This document shows, one piece after another, positions 45,266 through 55,643 of a stretch of 64,000 nucleotides of DNA. The notes below the pieces were generated by a model. The model did not search any database. It was not told the origin of the DNA and worked only from the letters and a program-made list of their open reading frames with translations. The first letter of the stretch is position 1; the number at the start of each line of letters is the position of its first letter. Location: positions 62,001 through 126,000 of the IMG/VR virus record IMGVR_UViG_3300013093_000017; one strand, 5' to 3'. The translations under genes were made by a program, and so were the position numbers.

Positions 45266-47365
45266 ATGGCATTGCCTCAATGGATTACTCCGGCAGGATT
45301 CCTAGGAACTGCCACTGAAAGAGTACACACATCTTTTCCGTTAGCAACACAGACCACCTCTACATTTTCTGTAATAAGCGGCACATTGCCAGGCGGGTTA
45401 TACCTAGCCAATACAGGAACAATCTACGGAACTCCATTTAGCGTTGGGCAAACAATTACCTCACAATTCGTAATCCGTGCAGCAAACAGCAACGGCATTA
45501 CTGATCGTACATTTATTATAGATACCCAAGGAGCAACTGATCCAGTCTGGCTTACTCCTGCAGGTTATCTATCAGTAGGCCTAGGTGGTCAATCTTATGT
45601 GGTCAATAAAGAATACGTTGATTATCAATTTAGTGCGATATATGATGTATTACCTCCAGGACAAAAATTAAGATACTACATTGGCGATATGGAAGGAGAC
45701 CTTCCTCCAGGATTAACATTAAGTGAAGATGGTAGACTATCTGGATATGTTACTGATACATTAGGTATCGATGTATTAGTTTCACCAGTCGGCGGATATG
45801 ATAACGAAACATACGATAACTATCCTTACGATCATGCGACAGTATTCGCCGGTGGGGTGGTCAATCAACGTCCTACATTCTTAGCAAAAGTTTATCAATT
45901 TTATATTACTGTCACAGACGGGATCGCTAGCGCACGCAGATTATTCCAAATTAAGATAGAAGATCCAAGCTCGTTTAGAGTAGATACTACATTAATCGAC
46001 GGTGACTCTACAATTTACACAGCAGACAGTTCTTATCTAATCACACCATCTTGGATAAGTCCTATCAATTTAGGCTACGTTAGAGCCAGCAATTATCAAG
46101 TTATACAATTATCCACATATGATCCAGACCCTAATACAGGACCTACTACCTACGATTGGACCACTCCAACTACTAACATAGACGGATCACCTAGTGTACA
46201 TCCTCCGTATTTTGATCTCGACCCAGTAACTGGAGTGTTATTTGCTAGATTACCTTACGAACCTATATACAATACTCCTTATAACTTTACTGTAAGATTA
46301 ATCAAAACTGATGTCAATTCAGGCGAATCATCATATCGCGATCGTACGTTTACTCTTACGATCAAAGGCAATGTTGATAACACATTAGAATTTGTGACTG
46401 CTAACGATCTTGGATCTATATCTCCAGGGTATGTCAGCGAGTTAGCAATAGTAGCACAACACACATCTACCCCTACTGCTATTCAATATCAATTGACTGG
46501 AGGACGATTGCCTTCCGGGCTATCATTAGCCAGCGATGGTACTATTATAGGTCGTGTAAATTACAATTCACAAACTTATTTTGATCTTGAAAATTACGGA
46601 TTTAATGCATTTACGTTAGATCACGGAGCAACAACTGTGGATAAAGACTATGTCTTTACAGTACAGGCTACAGATGTGTATCAAAAAAACATAATAGATC
46701 AACAGTTTACAATCACAGTAGATGAATATAATATCAACGAATACGTACGAATGTACATAGCACCTTATATGTCGTCTACTGATAGAAAACTATTTGAAGA
46801 TTTTATAACGGATCCTTATGTGTTTGACACATCAATGCTATATAGACCGTTAGATCCAGAGTTTGGTGTGCAAACTAATATGAAATTTGTCTTAGAATAC
46901 GGTATACAGAAAGAAACTTTAAGAACGTATGCAGCCACAATGAACAATCTATTCAAAGAACAACGTCTTTTATTCAACGGATTAAAGACCGCAGTTTCTA
47001 AAGATAGTAATAGCAATGTGATGTACGAAGTAGTTTATGTAGAATTAATCGACGAAGCAAATATTGTCATCGATTCTATAAAGAATCATTTGGATGCTAA
47101 TTTCTTAACTGACGAATATACCATGCCTAACTGGATGAGATCTATACAATCTTCATACGGATCTCCTCCTGGATATGTTAAAGCATTACCATTATGCTAT
47201 GCATTGCCTGGCATGAGTAATATTATATTAGAACGTATTGCTTTATACGGATTTGATTTTAATCAATTAAATTTCGTAGCTGACAGAGTTTTACTATCAT
47301 CAACTACTGATCACCCGGACACTAAGTATTTGTTATTCCCTAATAGGATGGCAATTCCAGGATAA
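45266..47365 (+). CDS. Virion structural protein with Ig-like repeats
   Basis: PxWxTPAG and GxLPxGLxLxxxGxIxG repeats. Confidence 0.75.
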   Translation: MALPQWITPAGFLGTATERVHTSFPLATQTTSTFSVISGTLPGGLYLANTGTIYGTPFSVGQTITSQFVIRAANSNGITDRTFIIDTQGATDPVWLTPAGYLSVGLGGQSYVVNKEYVDYQFSAIYDVLPPGQKLRYYIGDMEGDLPPGLTLSEDGRLSGYVTDTLGIDVLVSPVGGYDNETYDNYPYDHATVFAGGVVNQRPTFLAKVYQFYITVTDGIASARRLFQIKIEDPSSFRVDTTLIDGDSTIYTADSSYLITPSWISPINLGYVRASNYQVIQLSTYDPDPNTGPTTYDWTTPTTNIDGSPSVHPPYFDLDPVTGVLFARLPYEPIYNTPYNFTVRLIKTDVNSGESSYRDRTFTLTIKGNVDNTLEFVTANDLGSISPGYVSELAIVAQHTSTPTAIQYQLTGGRLPSGLSLASDGTIIGRVNYNSQTYFDLENYGFNAFTLDHGATTVDKDYVFTVQATDVYQKNIIDQQFTITVDEYNINEYVRMYIAPYMSSTDRKLFEDFITDPYVFDTSMLYRPLDPEFGVQTNMKFVLEYGIQKETLRTYAATMNNLFKEQRLLFNGLKTAVSKDSNSNVMYEVVYVELIDEANIVIDSIKNHLDANFLTDEYTMPNWMRSIQSSYGSPPGYVKALPLCYALPGMSNIILERIALYGFDFNQLNFVADRVLLSSTTDHPDTKYLLFPNRMAIPG

Positions 47366-47414
47366 TCGCCTGACAATACGATTTGAATAAATATTTCTAA
47401 ACAGAGGATTTACA

Positions 47415-47978
47415 ATGAGCAGCAATATAAACACAGTCGCAGCAAATATAGACGCTACATTTCCAGTAGCAGGACAGGATAATTCTAGCCAAGGATTCCG
47501 TGATAATTTCAGTGCTATTAAACTAGCGTTTAGTACAGCAACTACTGAGATATCAAACTTACAACTTAATTCTGCTCAAGTAAATCGATCAAACGATTTC
47601 CAATTTAATGGAAGTTTATTACGTGCCAAGATACAGAATAGTGGGTTTGTGGCAAATAATAATGCTACAACCAGTGGTGAACTTGATTATAGTCAGGCTA
47701 ATTATAATAAAGTAACTACAACAACTGCTACTTCTACAACAACATTCTATGTTACCAACTGGCCAACTACTGGCATATATGCGCAGGTAAGATTAGAAGT
47801 TGTTGCACCATCAACAGGTCCACAAGATATTAATTTTTCTGCACCAAATAGCGGTGTTATTCGCACTACTGCTTCATTCCCATATACTATCAACACTTCT
47901 ACTACTACTGTTTGGGATCTATGGTCAACTGATGCAGGTGCTAATGTATTTGTTAATTTAGTGGGCGGTCCTTACTAA
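47415..47978 (+). CDS. Virion structural protein
   Basis: IDATFPVAGQDNSSQGFRDNF; TAAATA upstream. Confidence 0.7.
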   Translation: MSSNINTVAANIDATFPVAGQDNSSQGFRDNFSAIKLAFSTATTEISNLQLNSAQVNRSNDFQFNGSLLRAKIQNSGFVANNNATTSGELDYSQANYNKVTTTTATSTTTFYVTNWPTTGIYAQVRLEVVAPSTGPQDINFSAPNSGVIRTTASFPYTINTSTTTVWDLWSTDAGANVFVNLVGGPY

Positions 47979-47979
47979 T

Positions 47980-48222
47980 ATGTTTCATCCGTTACTAGGT
48001 AACCTAACAGAAATCAAAGAACAAGACCTTGAAGTTAAGATTGCGGAATTAAGTAGAAAATACTCAATTGCTGCTAGAATGGGCGACGGTGGATTATGTA
48101 GTCAAATATTAATGGCCCTCGAACAATATAAAGCTGAACAACAGATGCGTCTTCAAGCAAAATCAAAAATCAATATGAAGAACCAAGACAAAGATTTAGA
48201 TGATTTAATAAATGTTGACTGA
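47980..48222 (+). CDS. Hypothetical protein
   Basis: Packed ORF. Confidence 0.7.
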   Translation: MFHPLLGNLTEIKEQDLEVKIAELSRKYSIAARMGDGGLCSQILMALEQYKAEQQMRLQAKSKINMKNQDKDLDDLINVD

Positions 48223-48781
48223 TTCTTCTGAGTTCTTTACCTGGCCAACTAACTTTTCTTGCATCTTAGTAGTCGATGATGTAATCTTACCTATTAATTA
48301 CGACCTTACCGTAAGTATGATGCCCAGCAATGGTCACAGTATATCCGGTATAGGATTGACAAAAATCAAAGAGTTTACTAACAGATTTGTTCAAAATTCG
48401 GTCATAATAGATCAAAATAATGAGTTTTTGGAGCAGTTATCTACCCTAGATACTACTACCATACAACTACCACAAGAACCCAGCGATTACTTTTTTGCCA
48501 ATACATTGTTCTATAAACTATCAGCTATTGCACGAGATTATTTCTCTATTCGCCAAATAACCATTGACAGCACGGTAGGTAATCGTGTAAAATATCAAGT
48601 AAATGAAACTTCCACAGCATACAAAGACATACTTGATGAAGAAGGTTGGTGGTCACGAGATGACGTTAGCACAAACAACACACAATATTTCCCACGTTGG
48701 GAAGACCTCAACATCTATGTTGCTCCAAAGTTTTCTGCGCGAGTAGTCAGGGGTGGCCGGGGTGAAACTAAATCAATATAA
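48212..48781 (+). CDS. Hypothetical protein
   Basis: 189 aa packed ORF; weak resemblance to the QueD/T-fold pattern. Confidence 0.65.
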   Translation: MLTDSSEFFTWPTNFSCILVVDDVILPINYDLTVSMMPSNGHSISGIGLTKIKEFTNRFVQNSVIIDQNNEFLEQLSTLDTTTIQLPQEPSDYFFANTLFYKLSAIARDYFSIRQITIDSTVGNRVKYQVNETSTAYKDILDEEGWWSRDDVSTNNTQYFPRWEDLNIYVAPKFSARVVRGGRGETKSI

Positions 48782-49289
48782 CGAAGTAATAGTAGACGAA
48801 CAGGATATCCTCAAGGGATTATATTCTGGGCAGATTAGTTCGTTCTCAAGATTAAACATCAAAGATCCTAATTTAATCCAACAGTTCAATAGCAATGTAG
48901 AAATAAACGCTGACAGTATCGATCGTATGATCGAGTATGTAGAACCCACTTGCTCGGTTGAGGAGTTCGATTTACGCAATCAACAACAATGGTTTATTCC
49001 AAAAGAATATAAGGATCTGCGCATTGAAGAATTCTTATTAGATCAATGTACTACAGAAGAACAAACAGAACGAGTATTACAAGAGTTAGAACTGTTTTTC
49101 CAGCATGACATGATAGACGTTCTAGTATGCGTTAAATACTTGGTAGATTATATGCGCAAGCATAATATAGTATGGGGATTAGGTAGAGGAAGTAGTGTAG
49201 CAAGTTACTGTTTATACTTAATAGGCATACATAAGGTTGATAGTATAAAATATCAATTAGACATAAAAGAGTTCCTAAAGGGAGAATAA
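48753..49289 (+). CDS. Stand-alone fragment of DNA polymerase III alpha (DnaE-like)
   Basis: ERVLQELELF...VDYMRKHNIVWGLGRGSSVASYCLYLIGI..VDSIKYQLDIKEFL. Confidence 0.8.
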   Translation: MAGVKLNQYNEVIVDEQDILKGLYSGQISSFSRLNIKDPNLIQQFNSNVEINADSIDRMIEYVEPTCSVEEFDLRNQQQWFIPKEYKDLRIEEFLLDQCTTEEQTERVLQELELFFQHDMIDVLVCVKYLVDYMRKHNIVWGLGRGSSVASYCLYLIGIHKVDSIKYQLDIKEFLKGE

Positions 49290-49290
49290 A

Positions 49291-49590
49291 ATGGCAAAAC
49301 AAATTTATAGATCAATGCAGGGTAAAGAAGTAGACATGGACGCACTATTAGCGAAAAATGAAACTATGCCTGCTGTAGGTAATATTCGTGTTAACGCACG
49401 TGGTGACGAATTAGGCCCAGGCGGCAAGATTATCAAAAAACGCGAAGATGTTGTAGCGGAATATTATGAAGATAATCCAAATGCAACTCCAGAACGCAAT
49501 GCAGCACCAGTGGCTCCTGCTCCTGCGGCAAAACCTGCTCCGGCAGCAAAAACTGCTCCAGCGAAAGATCTAAAGGCAACAAATGAATAG
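49291..49590 (+). CDS. Hypothetical phage protein
   Basis: SD GGAG; AVGNIRVNARGDELGPGG. Confidence 0.75.
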   Translation: MAKQIYRSMQGKEVDMDALLAKNETMPAVGNIRVNARGDELGPGGKIIKKREDVVAEYYEDNPNATPERNAAPVAPAPAAKPAPAAKTAPAKDLKATNE

Positions 49591-49969
49591 AGTACTAGGC
49601 ACGCTTATTCCATTAAGAGACAAGATCTTTGTCAGCGAAATGCATTTTGGCGAAGAGAAAACTGAATCAGGTCTTTATCTGCCATCAGACGATGGTAAAG
49701 GTTCAGGCATTCATCCTCGTTGGTGTAAGGTGTATGCTGTAGGTCCAGAACAAGAAGATGTTCAGGTAGGAGAATGGATCTTGCTCGAACATGCTCGATG
49801 GAGCCGCGGCATTACCTACGTCCAAGAGGATGGTACAGAAGTTGAATTATTTCTAGCGGACAATAAGGCAATCTTATTAGTCAGCGATGAAAAACCAAGC
49901 AATACAACCGTACGGGCCGAAGCAGCAGGTGCTGGCTCAAACTTTAACTTTAATATTCCAGGTGCTTAA
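49583..49969 (+). CDS. GroES-like co-chaperonin
   Basis: PLRDKIFV, KTESGLYLP, VYAVGP, VQVGEWIL. Confidence 0.8.
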   Translation: MNRVLGTLIPLRDKIFVSEMHFGEEKTESGLYLPSDDGKGSGIHPRWCKVYAVGPEQEDVQVGEWILLEHARWSRGITYVQEDGTEVELFLADNKAILLVSDEKPSNTTVRAEAAGAGSNFNFNIPGA

Positions 49970-49970
49970 T

Positions 49971-50336
49971 ATGAATGTCTTTAGAGATCAAGAAAAATTC
50001 ATGCGAGCCTGCGACCAATCCGTCGAAGGCTTTAATGAAGATCAGTTTAATCTTTACACAAGTTTAATCCAAGAAGAAGTAGACGAGCTTTGGGCCGCTA
50101 ACGCTGCGGCTGACAAGGTAGAAACCTTAGATGCTCTTATTGACATCTTAGTAGTAACCATCGGTGCAATACATAGTATGGGTGCCGACGGCGAAGGTGC
50201 ATGGAAAGAAGTCATGCAGACTAATTTTGCCAAAATTGACCGAGAGACAGGCAAGGTACGCAAGCGTGAAGATGGTAAAGTATTAAAACCCGTAGGTTGG
50301 GTTCCTCCAAACTTAGAAACGTTTGTTTCTAAATAA
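49971..50336 (+). CDS. MazG-like NTP pyrophosphohydrolase
   Basis: LIQEEVDEL, DALIDILVV, EVMQTNFAK, REDGKVLKP. Confidence 0.8.
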   Translation: MNVFRDQEKFMRACDQSVEGFNEDQFNLYTSLIQEEVDELWAANAAADKVETLDALIDILVVTIGAIHSMGADGEGAWKEVMQTNFAKIDRETGKVRKREDGKVLKPVGWVPPNLETFVSK

Positions 50337-50340
50337 TCAC

Positions 50341-50377
50341 AATAGGGCTTGACAGGCCCTATTTTTTTCTGTATAAT
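50341..50377 (+). promoter_or_regulatory. Terminator hairpin with sigma70 -35 box in its loop
   Basis: AATAGGGC-TTGACAG-GCCCTATT plus T tract; TTGACA-17-TATAAT. Confidence 0.75.
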
Positions 50378-50383
50378 AACTGT

Positions 50384-50605
50384 ATGAAAAACCATTGTCA
50401 GGATATTCAAATAATGTCATCACCTAACACAGGTAGTATTACATTCGCTCCTTCCGGGGATGGCGAAGTGCCAATGTTAAGGATTGGACCAGACGGCTTC
50501 TATGTGCGTGGTGTTAAGGTGCCGGTAGATGAGAACGAAAGTATGGCTGTATTCAAAGCATTCAAGCAGTGGATGGTAGAGGTAGAATTAAGGAGACCCT
50601 ATTGA
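50384..50605 (+). CDS. Hypothetical protein
   Basis: ORF after promoter. Confidence 0.6.
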   Translation: MKNHCQDIQIMSSPNTGSITFAPSGDGEVPMLRIGPDGFYVRGVKVPVDENESMAVFKAFKQWMVEVELRRPY

Positions 50606-51081
50606 TATTCAATAAAGTAAAAGATCTTAAAGACCAAGGCAAAAAAATTGGTATTGTGTTCAGCACCTTTGATATGTTACACGCTGGGCATATTGCTATG
50701 TTAGCAGAAGCAAAGAATCACTGTGATTATCTAATTGCTGGATTACAAACTGATCCAACATTAGATCGCCCAGACACAAAGAATCCTCCAGTGCAGAGCA
50801 TTGTAGAAAGACAAATTCAATTAAGTGCTACACGATTTGTTGACGAGATTGTAGTCTATCAAACTGAACAGGATCTTGTTGACCTATTGCTTATTCTGCC
50901 AGTTGATGTTAGAATATTAGGTGAAGAATATAGAAATGTAGACTTTACAGGCAAGGGCGAATGTGTTGTACGTGGTATTGAAATCATCTACAATGAACGC
51001 TCACATTCATTTAGTTCAAGCAGTTTACGCAAGCGTGTAGCACATGCAGAAACAACTAAACTTTTAAGGAGTGCAAAATGA
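50602..51081 (+). CDS. Cytidylyltransferase (TagD/glycerol-3-phosphate CTase-like)
   Basis: TFDMLHAGH (HxGH), SSSSLR; TTG start after SD AGGAG. Confidence 0.85.
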   Translation: MIFNKVKDLKDQGKKIGIVFSTFDMLHAGHIAMLAEAKNHCDYLIAGLQTDPTLDRPDTKNPPVQSIVERQIQLSATRFVDEIVVYQTEQDLVDLLLILPVDVRILGEEYRNVDFTGKGECVVRGIEIIYNERSHSFSSSSLRKRVAHAETTKLLRSAK

Positions 51082-51221
51082 TTATAGGTTTTATTATCTG
51101 GTTAGTATTGATAGTTCTAGGATTAATGTTTCTTGCAGGCGCTAATAAAGGCGGTGGGTGTTGCGGAGGTAGTTGTAATCAAGGACGATCAAAATGCGAG
51201 GACAATTGTGAAGATAAGTGA
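51078..51221 (+). CDS. Small membrane protein with Cys-rich tail (47 aa), not in ORF track
   Basis: SD AAGGAG; MIIGFIIWLVLIVLGLMFLAGANKGGGCCGGSCNQGRSKCEDNCEDK. Confidence 0.65.
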   Translation: MIIGFIIWLVLIVLGLMFLAGANKGGGCCGGSCNQGRSKCEDNCEDK

Positions 51222-51393
51222 TAACGCAAAACTGCTTATAGCAGGAATAGCCTTGGCCCTAGTAATAATAGCACCATGGATTTGGCCCGAACATCATATA
51301 ACTGTTATATACGATTGCAACATTTCAGAGATCTCGCCAGACATACCGGTAGCAGTTAAAGAACAATGTAGAAAATTAATGGAGAAGAAGTAA
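51208..51393 (+). CDS. Small membrane-anchored hypothetical protein
   Basis: ORF 51133-51393; likely GTG start 51208; YDC..SEISPDIP...C. Confidence 0.55.
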   Translation: MKISDNAKLLIAGIALALVIIAPWIWPEHHITVIYDCNISEISPDIPVAVKEQCRKLMEKK

Positions 51394-52316
51394 TGGCAAA
51401 AGCATTATGGGTCGAACAATATCGTCCAAACACAGTAGCAGACTATGTGTTTCGCGATGACCATCAAAAGAAACAGGTCGCAACATGGATTAAAGAAGGT
51501 AGTTTCCCGCATTTGCTTTTGAGTGGTAGCGCAGGTATTGGCAAGACTACTTTGGCAAAAGTGTTAATCCACGAGATTGGCATCGAAGATTATGATGTAT
51601 TACAGATCAATGCATCACGCACAAACTCAGTAGAAGATGTCCGTGACAAGATCACAAACTTTGTTCAATCAATGCCGTTTGGTGCTTTCAAAGTGGTATT
51701 GTTAGACGAAGCTGATTACCTAACTCCAAATGCGCAGGCTGCCCTACGTGGTGTTATGGAAGAATATTCAAACACTGCCCGCTTTATCCTAACCTGCAAT
51801 TATCCAAATCGTATCATTCCAGCGATTCATAGTCGTTGTCAAGGATTCCACGTTGAGAAAATTGACCAAACTGAATTTACTGCGCGAGTAGCAACTATTC
51901 TAGTAACTGAAAATATCGACTTTGATTTGGACACGTTAGACACCTACATTAAAGTAACCTATCCCGATTTGCGTAAATGTATTAATATGGTACAACAAAA
52001 TACGCAGGATGGCAAATTATTATCCGCTAGTCAAGGAGATGCTGGACAAGTTGATTATAAAGTAGAAATGGTCGAATTATTCAAAGCAGGCAAAATCCAA
52101 CAGGCCCGTAAACTTGTTTGTGCTTCAGCTCGTCCAGAAGAAATGGAAGATATCTATCGATGGTTGTATGACAACTTAGATTTGTTTGGCAAGGATGACG
52201 AAACTAAAGATCAAGCACTATTAATTATTAAACAAGGGTTAATAGATCATACTATTTGTGCCGACAGCGAAATAAATCTTGCGGCCTGTTTGGTTAAACT
52301 AGCGCGACTTCAATAA
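51393..52316 (+). CDS. Sliding-clamp loader ATPase subunit (RFC/T4 gp44-like)
   Basis: LWVEQYRP, GSAGIGKT, LDEAD, SRC motif. Confidence 0.92.
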   Translation: MAKALWVEQYRPNTVADYVFRDDHQKKQVATWIKEGSFPHLLLSGSAGIGKTTLAKVLIHEIGIEDYDVLQINASRTNSVEDVRDKITNFVQSMPFGAFKVVLLDEADYLTPNAQAALRGVMEEYSNTARFILTCNYPNRIIPAIHSRCQGFHVEKIDQTEFTARVATILVTENIDFDLDTLDTYIKVTYPDLRKCINMVQQNTQDGKLLSASQGDAGQVDYKVEMVELFKAGKIQQARKLVCASARPEEMEDIYRWLYDNLDLFGKDDETKDQALLIIKQGLIDHTICADSEINLAACLVKLARLQ

Positions 52317-52357
52317 AAAAGCGATGTAGTTCCATTGCAGGTGTATACTACATCGCT
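52315..52357 (-). terminator. Terminator between convergent genes
   Basis: AGCGATGTAG/CTACATCGCT stem with an A tract on the plus strand. Confidence 0.55.
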
Positions 52358-52374
52358 CACGTACTATATTATTA

Positions 52375-53127
52375 CTAATCTGTTTCTTTATAGATCGATA
52401 ATATCTCCTTAACGACCGGGTGTCGCTCGATGTCTTTTGCTTCAAACCACGCCATATCAATTAGATTATGACGGTCTACTTGTTCGTATAATCCTACGAA
52501 TTCTAGTAGGCCGTTTTCTCTAGGTCTATCAGCTTGGTTTAAGTCACCTGTTACAACCATACGAGAATTATCGCCTAGTCGAGTTAACAGCATTTTCATC
52601 TGGCTCGGTGTGGCATTCTGCATTTCGTCGGCGATGATAAATGAATTTTTGAAAGTGCGACCACGCATATAAGCAAGTGGGCTAATTTCAATAACACCAT
52701 CGTCTAACATATCTGCTATTTCTCTTGGATGGTAGTACTCTTCGAATACATCCATAATAGGACGAGTCCAAGGTTCCATCTTTTGGTTTAAAGTACCAGG
52801 CAAAAATCCGTGGTCTTCGTCTACACTTACCGCAGGCCGTGTGATAACTATCTTGGTAATCACCCCCTCTTTTAATTGTTTAATGGCCATCTGAACACCA
52901 ATCATTGTTTTGCCTGTACCAGCTGGGCCGATAGCAAACACTATACATTTCTTAGGGTTCTTTAATAGTTCTAGGTAAGTTTCTTGACTTAGATTACGCG
53001 GGATAATCTGTACTTGAGGCTTTCTTCGTAGACTTTGATTGAAGTTAATCAAGTTTCTACTGTCTTGTTGTGGGCGAGAGTCCTGCGCAAGCTGGACAAC
53101 ACGCTCTTTTCTTCTTGTTCTAGGCAA
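52375..53127 (-). CDS. phoH: PhoH family ATPase
   Basis: GPAGTGKT, GFLPG, YMRGRTF, DEMQN, GDLNQ. Confidence 0.93.
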   Translation of the reverse strand: MPRTRRKERVVQLAQDSRPQQDSRNLINFNQSLRRKPQVQIIPRNLSQETYLELLKNPKKCIVFAIGPAGTGKTMIGVQMAIKQLKEGVITKIVITRPAVSVDEDHGFLPGTLNQKMEPWTRPIMDVFEEYYHPREIADMLDDGVIEISPLAYMRGRTFKNSFIIADEMQNATPSQMKMLLTRLGDNSRMVVTGDLNQADRPRENGLLEFVGLYEQVDRHNLIDMAWFEAKDIERHPVVKEILSIYKETD

Positions 53128-53242
53128 AGTTTAACTCCTTCTGTGAACAAAACACCTGCATAGATATTTAAGTTAACTTTCAAAAACAGTAATCAAACGC
53201 CATTAAATCGGATCGTATAAATATAAACAAGAGAGAACCATT

Positions 53243-53770
53243 ATGCATGATATCGTAGATGTTATAAAAAACTTACAAACACTAACCGTAAACGACTCCG
53301 CATTTAAGATCCTAAAGGATTTTGAACGTGTGTTAGACGAGTTAGACATTTATGTTTACAAGAACTGGGAAGATGGCGAGCTATTAGCTGGCCCAGACGT
53401 CGGTCGTTACCTAGTCACTTGTAAATTCCTATGGCCATATGCAAGTATGCCAGATCCAGAAGGTGCAGAGCGTTTACTAGATTACGGGTGTGAAATCAAA
53501 TATGAACGTACAAAAATAATGATTCCACGCAAAGTACACAAACCAAGCGACTTCCGCCCTGGCACTAAGAAAGGCAAGATTGATCCACATCCAATTTGGG
53601 TAGTGACTATCAGCATGCCTAAGAAATTAATGCAGGATATCTATCAAGGTTATAAAGAAAAAGACAGCGCAAGACTAGCCGACCTAATGAAATACGATCA
53701 ACCAGAAATGACTACTGGACAAGTAGCACCGGAGACTGAGCCAAATGCAGAACCGCCACAAACAGCCTAG
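53243..53770 (+). CDS. Hypothetical phage protein
   Basis: 175 aa; TATAAATA upstream. Confidence 0.75.
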   Translation: MHDIVDVIKNLQTLTVNDSAFKILKDFERVLDELDIYVYKNWEDGELLAGPDVGRYLVTCKFLWPYASMPDPEGAERLLDYGCEIKYERTKIMIPRKVHKPSDFRPGTKKGKIDPHPIWVVTISMPKKLMQDIYQGYKEKDSARLADLMKYDQPEMTTGQVAPETEPNAEPPQTA

Positions 53771-54506
53771 ATTATTTGAAGGACTACGTTCTGGCGACTT
53801 AAAGAACATGGTTGATAATAGATTTACGGTAGACCAATACAAGAGCAAAATGGGACTAGACGATGATATCATTGTAATCTCATTCCGTGTTAAGGATAAA
53901 TTTCCTGCTACTGATCTAGTAGATTTCATTGAAAAAGGCTATCCATCAGTGTTAGATGCTGATATGAGCACAGGTGAAGAGAAAGATGGTGATTACGCAG
54001 TGTTTATCGAATTAAAGCGTGATAAGAAGGTTGCTAAAGAATTAGATAGTATCCTTAGAGGTATGTCACAGTTATGCGATTGCAAGGATTGGCGCTTTAG
54101 ATATTTCAAAGATGTTGAGTCACACGATTTCACAGTGGATGCGTTTGAACAATTTGTTCCACTAACTAAAGATGATTACCTAGCTCGCGTTAAACAGCAA
54201 AAAGTAACAGATGTTAGCGATGTGCTTGATCAAGGCCCTGCATCAGTGGCAGATATCGACGAAAGCAATAATCTTACATTTAACAAAGTATATTCGGGCG
54301 ACCTAACTGTACAGTTAGAAGCTATCGGTACTTACGAAGATCTAAAAGAATCACTACAAGGTGGTATTCAATTAGATGAAGCAAGTCGTGGACAAACATT
54401 ATACTTAGAAAAATACCTAGGCAATTATGATATTAACAAGATTAATAACAAATTCCTAATTAGAAATAAAGACAAAGCCGTAATCATCAGTAAAGGAGAT
54501 TGGTAA
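53745..54506 (+). CDS. Hypothetical phage protein
   Basis: 253 aa packed ORF. Confidence 0.75.
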   Translation: MQNRHKQPRLFEGLRSGDLKNMVDNRFTVDQYKSKMGLDDDIIVISFRVKDKFPATDLVDFIEKGYPSVLDADMSTGEEKDGDYAVFIELKRDKKVAKELDSILRGMSQLCDCKDWRFRYFKDVESHDFTVDAFEQFVPLTKDDYLARVKQQKVTDVSDVLDQGPASVADIDESNNLTFNKVYSGDLTVQLEAIGTYEDLKESLQGGIQLDEASRGQTLYLEKYLGNYDINKINNKFLIRNKDKAVIISKGDW

Positions 54507-54985
54507 TGGTTCAACTTACTTGGATTTTCAATTTAATTCCATTGAGCTTCTGGCATTGGTTAATAGATCTAATGCTGTTAGCTGGAATTGCTGGCATTAT
54601 TGTTAGCATATTCATTAAGGTCATTCCGTTTGTGAATAAATGGCGTTATATTATCAAACCAGTTAGTTTGGTGTTATTAGTAGTAGGTGCATATTTCAAA
54701 GGTGGATTTGTTGTAGAAGCGCAATGGCAGGCCAGAGTTGACGAAATGAAAGCCAAAGTTGCAGTTGCTGAAGAAAAAAGTAAAGAAACCAATGTCGAAA
54801 TTCAAACTAAAATTGTAACTAGAACAAAACTGATCCATGATACTAAAATAATTACTAAACAAATTCTTAAAGAAAAAACAGTAGCAATTGATAACTGTAG
54901 CGTTCCAGATGTTATTGTAGTATTAAACAAGGCAGCTACTCGCCCACAATTAGATTTATCATTACCTAAGGATGATGCAAAATGA
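54500..54985 (+). CDS. Putative i-spanin (Rz-like)
   Basis: TM segments followed by a coiled coil; upstream of a lipoprotein and the endolysin. Confidence 0.55.
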   Translation: MVMVQLTWIFNLIPLSFWHWLIDLMLLAGIAGIIVSIFIKVIPFVNKWRYIIKPVSLVLLVVGAYFKGGFVVEAQWQARVDEMKAKVAVAEEKSKETNVEIQTKIVTRTKLIHDTKIITKQILKEKTVAIDNCSVPDVIVVLNKAATRPQLDLSLPKDDAK

Positions 54986-55251
54986 AAAGATTATTAGTGC
55001 TAATTCCTTTCGTATTATTATTAGGCTGTGATCAAGATGTCCCTGTTAAACCAGTATGGCCGGATATTCCTGCTGATCTTAAAGCCGCTTGCCCAGATTT
55101 AAAGCAAATTGATCCTAGTACAGCAAAATTAAGTCAAGTAATAGATACAGTAGTAGACAATTATAGTCAATATCACGAATGCCAAGACAAAGTAGACTTT
55201 TGGATGGAATGGTATAAGAAACAACAAAAAATCTACGAGGATGTTAAATGA
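54982..55251 (+). CDS. Putative o-spanin lipoprotein (Rz1-like)
   Basis: Lipobox LLGC, Pro-rich, CPDL...NY..YHEC. Confidence 0.65.
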   Translation: MKRLLVLIPFVLLLGCDQDVPVKPVWPDIPADLKAACPDLKQIDPSTAKLSQVIDTVVDNYSQYHECQDKVDFWMEWYKKQQKIYEDVK

Positions 55252-55643
55252 AAAAACTATTATTAGTAGCATTGTTATCCTTAAACGGATGTGCGTTAGT
55301 TGATGCGTATCTAATGAAATACGATGTTATGGAATATAATCACATAACAGAGATTAGAACACTAGCCAGCATTGCTAAAGATAAATGTGATGATCCGCTG
55401 GCAGTGGTAGGGTATGCTGATAATATTGCTAATAAAACATTAAACTTCAAAAACTACACACAACATTTACCACACGACGAGCCTGCTGCCAATGCTGCAA
55501 TTAAATTAAATGAAATTGCGCAAGGCCTAAATGAAAAATACAAGAATGATTCAGTAAGCCCGATGTTCTGTAAAATTAAACTTGAATCGATTGAAAAGTC
55601 AGCAGAAACAATGCAAACAACTATAGGAGCTAAACCAAGATGA
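55248..55643 (+). CDS. Putative lipoprotein
   Basis: Lipobox LNGC. Confidence 0.65.
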   Translation: MKKLLLVALLSLNGCALVDAYLMKYDVMEYNHITEIRTLASIAKDKCDDPLAVVGYADNIANKTLNFKNYTQHLPHDEPAANAAIKLNEIAQGLNEKYKNDSVSPMFCKIKLESIEKSAETMQTTIGAKPR

